From Rebecca billardiae RCC1528 (taxonomy: Eukaryota; Protista; Haptophyta): a stretch of 64,000 nt of DNA. The stretch is taken from contig OZ251224.1 in assembly GCA_965240325.2 (NCBI GenBank), positions 1,736,001 through 1,800,000 of the forward strand, given 5' to 3'. Of this stretch, positions 23,034-31,686 are shown piece by piece; the first letter of the stretch is position 1, and the number at the start of each line of letters is the position of its first letter. Position numbers and translations under genes: made by a program. The notes beneath the pieces were generated by a model that was given only the letters and a program-made list of their open reading frames with translations, was not told the origin of the DNA and searched no databases.

Positions 23034-23828
23034 ATGTCATTCAACCTGGGCGAGGTAGTCAAGGCACTCTTCGTCTCCGGACACAGTGAGCGCACGATCA
23101 CCCCCACGACGCTCAAGACCATGTACGGGGAACTCAAGTCCAGGCGCGTGCTGCTCGGCTTCGTGCGGTATGTCGCGTTCCCCACCGGGCGCACGCTTGC
23201 TTGGTGCGTGTCCCACCTGCCCACCGCGTGGCAAGCGCGCTGTCAGAAGGCAATCCCTCTGCTGTACGTGATACGCGCTCACGATGGCCCGCGTGTCGGC
23301 ACCCCCATCCCGGAGGACTTTGAGCTCACGTTCCTCACGGGCGAGAAGACAACATCCGGCCAGCTGCTCTCGCAGCACGAGCTCGTGGTGGTCAACTGCG
23401 GCAGCCTCACCTGAGGCCCCTTCCGCCTGTCCCTCCGGTCGCTCGAGGACTCTCTCCTCGGAGCGGAGGGTCAGGCGGGGAAGGGCGCGCGCCTTGTCCA
23501 CCTGTACATCCGAGAGGCCCACCCGACAGATGAGTGGCGCATGGGCTACAACGAGCCCTCTGATGAGCACGCTGGCGGGCTGTGCTATCGCCAACCGCGC
23601 ACGATGAGCGAGCGTATCGCCATTGCCAACGATATGGTCGAGCAGCTCGGCGTCAGGGGCGAAATCGTGTGCGACAGCATGCAGAATGCTGCGGACACGT
23701 GGTTCGCCGCATGCCCCGACCGCCTGTACGTCCTCTCGCGTGGGCGGGTGGTGTACAAGGGCGGGCGCGGGCCCTTCTTCTACGACCCTGACGAGATGCT
23801 CGCTTTCCTCGAGTCGACGGAGCGCTGA
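23034..23828 (+). CDS. Iodothyronine deiodinase family selenoprotein (Sec UGA at 23412-23414), 264 aa
   Basis: One continuous frame reads VVNCGSLT-U-GPF...LVHLYIREAHPTDEW...QPRTMSERIAIA...CDSMQNAA...PDRLYVL...YKGGRGPFFY, matching deiodinase FGSxTUPxF, YIxEAHPxDGW and ERLY...YxGGxGPxxY. SECIS downstream. Confidence 0.92.
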
Positions 23829-23939
23829 AGTGGGCGCGCATCGCCTTGGTCCCCCCGCTCACCCGACGAGGCTGACCCCGAGGGCCATTGCCCGTTGCCG
23901 CCCTGATGGAGGAGAGTGTCCGCGTTGTGCACTGCTGCC

Positions 23940-24024
23940 TCACGTGCCCCATGACTTCCCTGTGGGTAACTCGCGGCCGAGATCCCAACCGCAGCCCCAG
24001 GGCACGACACACATCTGCGCGTGA
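23940..24024 (+). promoter_or_regulatory. Eukaryotic SECIS element in the deiodinase 3' UTR
   Basis: Lower stem TCACGTGC/GCGCGTGA; ATGAC (23951)...CGAC (24005) quartet; upper stem TTCCCTGTGGGT/GCCCCAGGGCA; apical AA (23968-69) plus mini-stem CTCG/CGAG. Confidence 0.82.
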
Positions 24025-25010
24025 AGCCGAAGCAGGCGGCAACTTAGAACTTTCACGGTGGCATACGGTATTATTATTTGCATCGCACTATTAATATAAT
24101 ATATATATCGTAATATATTATTGTCCGCATCTTATTGCTATTATAATTATTATTGTCAGTATTTAATTATAGTTACAAACTAAGACTGGCTACTGCCCAC
24201 TGCCCGGCTCAGACACTACAGGTGGATACGGGTGATCTGGACAGTGGCCGACCCAACTCACGCGCGGAGGCCTTCCTGGGAGCATTGGGGTCGAAGGGGC
24301 GCCAGGGACGGACTTCAGGGGGTCCCTGGAGTTCCGCCGCAGCGCGCTTTCTGCGCTGCGGGCCCGTCTCCGCGCGTGGCGGCCGCAATGGCACTGTCCA
24401 ATTAGCCCCTGGCACTGGCTGAGGCATGGGAATCGAGCTCAGAGACGCGCGCGCGGAGGAAAAGCGTGTGCAGCGGCTCGGACGGTTGCTCTGGGACCTA
24501 CCCACGCCAGCGCAACCGCGCCTTGCCTCGGAGTCCGCCCTTCCTGAGTCCGCGCACGCGCCTTGCGGCTTGAAACGCTGGCGTTCGCCCTTGTGCGCGA
24601 GACTCACGAAACAAGGCGAAGGCGGCGAGAAGCGCGACCTGGCGCGTGCGCAGACGACGTCTCACGACCAGGTGAGTTCAGCGAACATCGTGCGCCGTCG
24701 TGGCGACCCGCCAGTGGGCGCTCGTGCTCGTTCGCCCACGAGCCCTCGCCACGAGGCCCGCCGCCCGCTGAGTGTCCAGATAGCCCCTGTGTCCAGTTAG
24801 CCCGTATCCACCTGTACTGCATGATCCTAGATCGAGATGACGAGGCACCCTGCGCCGGTTGGGGCCCGCGTTGCCACTGCTGGCGGCCGCGGCGCTGGTG
24901 CCTGGTGGCCGCGGAGCCGCCCACCGCTGTCCGCTTCATCAAGTAGCGCCGGGCCGCGCGTGACACTGGTCAACATCACTGAATGACTGATGATACATAT
25001 TACATGTAGT

Positions 25011-26336
25011 TCACAGGCCGCGTCGCTCTTGCACCTCGCCTGTCGCCTCCGCCTCGCGCAGTCTGTACCCCGTGACGAGCTGCCACATACACACCTGCGC
25101 GAAGGCCTCCTTGGTGAGCACGAGGCCCGTGTCCGGCGGAAGCTTGCCGTCCTCGTCCTCATCGTCGAGCCCGAGCGTGGTGCCCTTGATGACAAAGTCG
25201 ACGAGCATCTTCATCGCGTCGGCAACCTCTGGCTGCACGCTCGCCGTGAGCTTCTGGACCTCGCCGGGCGCGAGCGACTCGATGTACGCGCCGATGGAGC
25301 TCTGCCGCTTCGCCTTGAGCGCGAACGACTCGGCGTTTGCCCGCTCGAGCTCGCCGCGCAGGCTCGCGACGCGCTCGCGCAGGCCAGCGACGTATGCCTG
25401 GGCATCCATCTCGAGCTCGGCGCCGTCCGAGAGCTCGACCTTGAGCGTGCCGCTCACGTTGGGCTGCGGCAGCTCGTCCTTGGCGGCGGGCAGCAGCGAA
25501 GGCACCGGCTCCGGCTCCACGTCCGGGCCGAGCACCGCCTTGAACTCCTCCCACGACACGCGCCGGTCCTTGTCCGAGTCGAACACGTCGAGGAACTCGC
25601 GCACGTCGCCCTGCGAGACGCCGCCGGAGACGAGCGTGCCGTTCACGCGCACGACGGGGCCCTTGATCTGCTCGAGGAGCACGCGCGCCTCGCCCGCGTC
25701 AATGTCGCCCGACCCGTCCTTGTCAGCCGTGTCGAACGCCTTGCGCAGCTCGGCCTCTGTGTTGTGCTTGATCTTGAGCACCTGCTTGAACTGCAGCACG
25801 TACTCGGCGTTGCGGAAGAGGTAGCCCGTCATCTGCAGCTGGTAGATGAGCGCGGTGAACTTCTCGAGGGTCGTGGAGTACTGCTGCGAGAACTGCGGGG
25901 GCAGGCTGCCCAACAGGCTCATCACCGCGGACTGCATCGCCTCGACGACCAGTGGCGACGAGTTGCGGATGAAGCGGAGGATCACATCGGGCGGCTCATC
26001 CTTGGTGATCATCCGGTAGAGCTCCTCGGCCGCGCCCGTCGAGCCCGCCTCGAGCTCACGCACGCGCTGCTGTAGAAGCTCCATGTCCTTCGGGCTCAGC
26101 AGCCCGCTCGCCGGCTGATCGAGCTCATCCGGTTCGTCGTCGTCCTGCGGCGATGCGGACATCACGTGGGCCGGAGCCCGCGCGCGCCGGAATGTACGCG
26201 CAACCCGCGTGGCGGGCAGCAGCTGCGAGGAGGCGAGACGCGCGACTGCAACCGACTGCACGGCGTGCAGCGATGCCATCGACAGCACCACCACGAGTGC
26301 GGCGGAAGGGAGCCAGCAGGCCAGCCGCACGGCCAT
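25011..26336 (-). CDS. Plastid-targeted DUF760 protein with two inserted EF-hands
   Basis: Signal+transit; DUF760-like motifs AMQSAVMSLLGSLP...LQMTGYLFRNAEY and WQLVTGYRLREAE; EF loops DKDGSGDIDAGE and DSDKDRRVSWEE. Confidence 0.82.
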   Translation of the reverse strand: MAVRLACWLPSAALVVVLSMASLHAVQSVAVARLASSQLLPATRVARTFRRARAPAHVMSASPQDDDEPDELDQPASGLLSPKDMELLQQRVRELEAGSTGAAEELYRMITKDEPPDVILRFIRNSSPLVVEAMQSAVMSLLGSLPPQFSQQYSTTLEKFTALIYQLQMTGYLFRNAEYVLQFKQVLKIKHNTEAELRKAFDTADKDGSGDIDAGEARVLLEQIKGPVVRVNGTLVSGGVSQGDVREFLDVFDSDKDRRVSWEEFKAVLGPDVEPEPVPSLLPAAKDELPQPNVSGTLKVELSDGAELEMDAQAYVAGLRERVASLRGELERANAESFALKAKRQSSIGAYIESLAPGEVQKLTASVQPEVADAMKMLVDFVIKGTTLGLDDEDEDGKLPPDTGLVLTKEAFAQVCMWQLVTGYRLREAEATGEVQERRGL

Positions 26337-27813
26337 CGTTGCTGGGGCTGCCGGCAGCCGCCGCCACGTCAGCAGTCTCAAGTTCATGCTCGGAAGTCCC
26401 ACAGCGGGACTTCTCCGGGCCTGCGGTACTCGCCAGTGAAAACCTCCCGCGCCCCTCGAGATCATACGGAGTTGGCGGCGAGATCGCGCTCTTGCGCGGG
26501 CGGCGGGCGGGAGCGCGCGCCGGCGCTCGCTCGCGCGCTCGCTGCCCGCAGCGCGCGCGTCAGGTCGTCGCGAGCGCTTGCGCACCGGCGCTAGGGCGCG
26601 TGCCACCTGCGCACGCCGCTGGTTCGCGCCTGCGCGCTCTGCTCCGCCGCTGCGGCGCTTGCGAGCGCTCGCCGTGTCCTGCGCTGGTTCCGGGCCGCGT
26701 CGAAAGCCTGGTTGTGCGGCCAGCCAAGTGTGGCTTTTGCGGCTTGGCGCGCGAGCGCGCGACGCAGCGGATGGCGCGTGTGAGCCGTCCAGCCAGCGTC
26801 ACTCGCCTCGTGCGCCGCGTGCCGACCGCGAGACCCAGATTCGACGCCGAGCGCTGCTCGGTCCGACGGTGAGACGCCAGACGGGTCGGCGCTCTGCATC
26901 GCAGAGCCGCGCGTGGTCGCGCAGAAGAGGCCGCGCGTGGCCGGCGCGGCCGCTGTGTGCCGTGGTCTAGACGTCAATCGCGTCCTCAGTTGCTTGCCTT
27001 GCCCAAGCGGTCACGCCGCACTCACGAGTGGGCGACTTGACCTGACTCTGCGTGCCGGGCCGTATCTCGTGCCGCCAGAAGCGGGCTCGAACAAATCCAT
27101 CCTACTCCATTGGTAGACGGCTTCAAGAACTCGATGGTTATGGTCTGGTCGCGCGCTGATGACACGTACACGATCTCCGTGAGCGCAGCTCTTCCACGCA
27201 AGGGCTTATGTGGCTACGATCGGTGACGGCGTGACCTCGAGACACCTTCCGGAATCCACCTCACGTGTCACGCGCTGTGTACGGGCAGAAGATGAGTGAC
27301 CGCTTGGGCGAGGCAAGCGTTCTCACCTACTGCGGACGCAATTGACGTCTAGACCACGGCACACAGCGGCCGCGCCGGCCACGCGCGGCCTCTTCTGCGC
27401 GACCACGCGCGGCTCTGCGATGCAGAGCGCCGACCCGTCTCACCGTCGGACCGAGCAGCGCTCGGCGTCGAATCTGGGTCTCGCGGTCGGCACGCGGCGC
27501 ACGAGGCGAGTGACGCTGGCTGGACGGCTCACACGCGCCATCCGCTGCGTCGCGCGCTCGCGCGCCAAGCCGCAAACGCCACACTTGGCTGGCCGCACAA
27601 CCAGGCTTTCGACGCGGCCCGGAACCAGCGCAGGACACGGCGAGCGCTCGCAAGCGCCGCAGCGGCGGAGCAGAGCGCGCAGGCGCGAACCAGCGGCGTG
27701 CGCAGGTGGCACGCGCCCTAGCGCCGGTGCGCAAGCGCTCGCGACGACCTGACGCGCGCGCTGCGGGCAGCGAGCGCGCGAGCGAGCGCCGGCGCGCGCT
27801 CCCGCCCGCCGCC

Positions 27814-30800
27814 CGGCAGCGCTAAATCATCCCGGGCTGATTTAAGCTTATCTCAGCCCGGGCTGATTTAAGCCCTTAAATCAGCCCGGGCTGAGATAAG
27901 CTCCGCGCGAGCTTATCTCAGCCCGGGCTGAGATAAGCGCTTATCTCAGCCCAGCGGCTCGCGACTCGGCCGCCGTGGACTCGGAGCGCACGTCGCGCGG
28001 TGCGGCCCGCCCGCTCCATGGCTGCACGCGCTGCTGTGTCTTCGGTGGCCACAGGGTGAAGTGCGCTGAGTCTAGTGGCGGGCCCAGCTCCACCCACCCC
28101 CTTCTCCCTGGCCCGCCCCGCCTGCCCTCGCCCGCATCGGATGCCTTCCTCGCGCATGCAACGGCCTCAGCCAACGCCATTGTTCCACCATCGATTCCAC
28201 CATCGACGGTCGCGGGTACTTGTACGTCGTGTACTGTACATGTGTGTCATGTGTAATCGCACGCATGTGGCCACGGCCCACGTGCACCTGTCTGCCGTGT
28301 GCCGTCGCCCTTGTACCGCGTTGCCCTTGTACCGTTCGCGCGTTGCGGCATGTGCTTGCCCAGCTTGGCATACTTGCCGGTCACGCTCGACGCTGGATCA
28401 GCCAGTCATCGCGATCCCGTCAGATCGAAACGGTCCCTTCGCGCGGCGCACTACTCTGCGCGGCGGCTGCCGGTTCATGACCGAGCTTGGACCATCAGCT
28501 GACAGCTGTGGTGTGCGGCTCGCTGCGTCTCAAGCGTGGCAGGCGCTTCGGCAGAGTAATACACTGTCGACGGTCGTGGCGCCGCAGCTGGTGGGCTCAC
28601 CGGCGCCCTCGCGCTCGCAGCTTTCGGCGCGCTTGGCGAGCACGGCAAGGTCGCCGCGCGCACCGTGGTCCGCGTGCACACAACGGCCGCCGCGCGCGCC
28701 GCAGCCGTCTTGCGCGCCACAGCCGGCGAGCGCGCCGCGGCTGGCGAGCGCGCCGCGGCTGCTGAGCGCGCCCGGCCGGTGAGCGCGCCGCGGCTGCCGC
28801 GCGCCGCGCGGCTGGCGATTGCGCCGCGGCTGCCACGCGCGCTGCGGCCGGTAAGCGCGCCACGGCGGCAGACAGCGTAACTCGGCCGTCGCGCCCGGCC
28901 GGCGAGCGCGCCGTGGCTGCTGCGCGCGCCGCGGCTGCCGCGCGCGCCGCGGCTGGCGAGCGCGCCGAGGCCGACCAACGCGCCGCGACCGCCCCGCGCA
29001 CGGCGACCGAAGGCGAGTCTGTGGCGGATAGCGAGCTTGCCGCTGCGGCTAGTGAGCGCGCCGCAACCGGCGCGGATGGATGGTGCAGCCGGGGCTTGCG
29101 CCACCGCGACCGGTGAGCAGGCCGCGCCAGCATGCGTAGGTATTGGCGAGCGCGCCACCGCAACCGGCGAGCGCGCACCGCACGGGCCACAGATGCCCAT
29201 TGGTCCAACGCCGCAGGTGCCCATCAAGCCTGGCGCCAACACGTGACAGTTGCGCGATGAGGCTGAGCGTGCTCGCCGGCCGCTACGCGCTCACTGGCCG
29301 CGGCGGCGCGCTCGCTCGCTATCCGCCACAGACTAGCCTTCGGTCGTCGCGCACGGCCGCGGCGCGCTGGTCCGCCGCGGCGCGCGCGGCAGCCACGGCG
29401 CGCGCGGCAACCGCGGCGCGCGCGGCGGCCACCGCGCGCGTGGCGCATGCGGCGGCCGCTGCGTGCGTGCGGACCGCGGCGCACACCGCAACCTTAGCTT
29501 GCTGTCCGTGCGCACCAGCCCCTGAGCCGCGGCACGCGCTGCGAGCTTTGCGTGCTCGCCGTGCGCGCCGACAGCTGCGGGCGTGCCGGCGTCGGCGCGC
29601 CCACTAGCCGCAGCGCCATGATCGTCCATGGAGCTGCGCCGGTGCCCATGCCTGTGCCGCTGGCACCGGTACGCCCGCGCGCGGCGGCCGCGGTGGCAAC
29701 GTTCAGCACATTTTGAACAACGTGCAATGGCAACAGCACACAACCGACTGTAGCGCACGGGCCGTGTTCACCCGCGTGCGACTACGCGCGGACATGGTCA
29801 ACTGGCGAACGTCGATGGTGCGTCCATGGTGTTGGCTGCATGCTTCTCATGCGGGCAGCAAGTCCACAAGCCGAGTTGCCGCCGTGGAGTTGCATGCGCG
29901 AGGAAGGCATCCGATGCGGGCGAGGGCAGGCGGGGCGGGCCAGGGAGAAGGGGGTGGGTGGAGCTGGGCGCCCGCCACTAGACTCAGCGCACTTCACCCT
30001 GTGGCCACCGAAGACACAGCAGCGCGTGCAGCCATGGAGCGGGCGGGCCGCACCGCGCGACGTGCGCTCCGAGTCCACGGTGGCCGAGTCGCGAGCCGCT
30101 GGGCTGATTTAAGCCCTTAAATCAGCCCGGGCTGAGATAAGCTTAAATCAGCCCGGGCTGATTTAAAGCCCGTTCTAGACAGCTTTCGGACACGCACGGC
30201 TTTTTTTTCCTTCGGACAATTTCATGGGAAGACCTACAACAATTCCGAAGACAAAAAAACGACGAAACCCGTCGGAGGAAAAAGAAAGTCAACGGTTGTT
30301 TCGGGCCGAAACAACCGTTGACTTTCTTTTTCCTCCGGGGGAATCGTAGCTCAATAAGAAGGAGATCGCGCTGAGGAATCTGGCCTCCTTCAGGAGAGCG
30401 GTCCCCAGATGCGCGGCAGAGGGTGTCTCGGGCCGCGGGGCATGACGACGCCAAACCACGTGCCCGCAGGTGCGCGCGAACGCGCGGTGATCGTTGGCGA
30501 CAGGAGTTGCGTGCTCCATGGCGCGCACGACTATGGTCATCGCTCTCTGTCGTGCAGCGTGCCGGCGTAGACTCAAGTTGCCGGCGCCGTGCCGCCTTGC
30601 GACTTGAGCTTGACGTGGCATGTATGGCATTTGTTCCTGGGGCCTCGAATGACGGCTGGGGCGTCTTGCGTCTCCCGACAGAGAGCTGTCCCTTCCTGGC
30701 TTGATCAGCCCTCGACAACAGCCCACAGGACGCACAGATTTGAACAGCGGCGCCCGGCAACGCCCGGCTTGTGCGTGGCGGACAGCTCTGTCACATTCGA

Positions 30801-31197
30801 ATGAGTGGGAACGCACTAGACGCAGAGCGAGAGGCGACGTATCTCCCGCGGCTGACTCGACCATCTCCGAGCGCTCCCCGGACCACATGTGACGGGGCGC
30901 ACGTGCCAAGCAGCCGGCACAGGACGCTGCCGAGCTGGCCAACTCTCCTTGCAACCCTCTCTGCGCCTTTCGCGGCTTTCGCCGCCAATCTTTCCCGCGT
31001 TTGGGGCTTTTCTTGCAATCTCCTCTATGTCTTTCCGTATCTCGTTTCTCCACGGAGCGGCTGCAAAAGGCTGTCTGGAACGCATTTTTTTCTTCCGGCG
31101 TGCCTTCTATGTACGAATAGAACAATTGCCCGGGGAAAAGTACCCGGGAAACTCAGCTGCAAAAGCTGTCTGGAACGGGCTTTAGCGCTGCCGGCCG
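27814..31197. mobile_element. Nested MULE/foldback-like element with ~350-bp TIRs and a 9-10-bp TSD
   Basis: TSD GCCCGCCGCC at 27804-27813 and 31198-31207. Termini CGGCAGCGCTAAA...TTTAGCGCTGCCG. Arms 27814-28160 vs 29892-30165. Low-complexity GC-rich interior. Confidence 0.8.
30166..31182. mobile_element. Third-level ~1-kb non-autonomous element, ~21-bp TIR, TA TSD
   Basis: TA|AAGCCCGTTCTAGACAGCTTT ... AAAGCTGTCTGGAACGGGCTT|TA. Removing it rejoins the right TIR of the host element. Confidence 0.8.
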
Positions 31198-31686
31198 GCC
31201 CGCCGCCCGCGCAAGAGCGCGATCTCGCCGCCAACTCCGTATGATCTCGAGGGGCGCGGGAGGTTTTCACTGGCGAGTACCGCAGGCCCGGAGAAGTCCC
31301 GCTGTGGGACTTCCGAGCATGAAAGTCGCGATGCATCAGCGAATTCAGTAGGAGCTTTTTCACGTCCGGACGTGGGCATGATCAACCAACGCGTGGCGGG
31401 CGGCGCGGATGAAATGCATGCGAGCTCTGGAGCCAGTATTGTGGGGGCGGTAAGACAGGGTACGACGGTAATGTGCCTCGAGCACGACCGAGCCCCGGCC
31501 CCGGCCGGCCGGCCTCGTCGCGCCGCACACCGTCACGGCCACTCTATTCGGACGTCATCACGTGCTCAGGCACAGGGCGCACAGGCCACTTGAGCCTCAG
31601 GAGGTGCGCCGCAGTGCGTATCGCTGTGAGTCTGAGTCTCAACATCGTCGCCGGGTTGCGGCACAGCGAGTCGGCGCGAGGACGAA

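Larger units (their letters stand above)
26383..31323. mobile_element. Outer foldback element (~630-bp arms, ~280-bp spacer) with its right arm split by nested insertions
   Basis: 26383-27014 is inverted at 27296-27813 plus 31198-31323, with near-identical arms. Confidence 0.85.

Noticed and set aside
22902-23828. Deiodinase read as a nonsense pseudogene or as two genes
   Set aside because: The single TGA sits at the catalytic Sec position and a SECIS follows.
28475-29758. ORFs inside the nested element as a transposase
   Set aside because: They are low-complexity GCGAGCGCGCCGCGGCTG repeats with no DDE or zinc-finger motifs.
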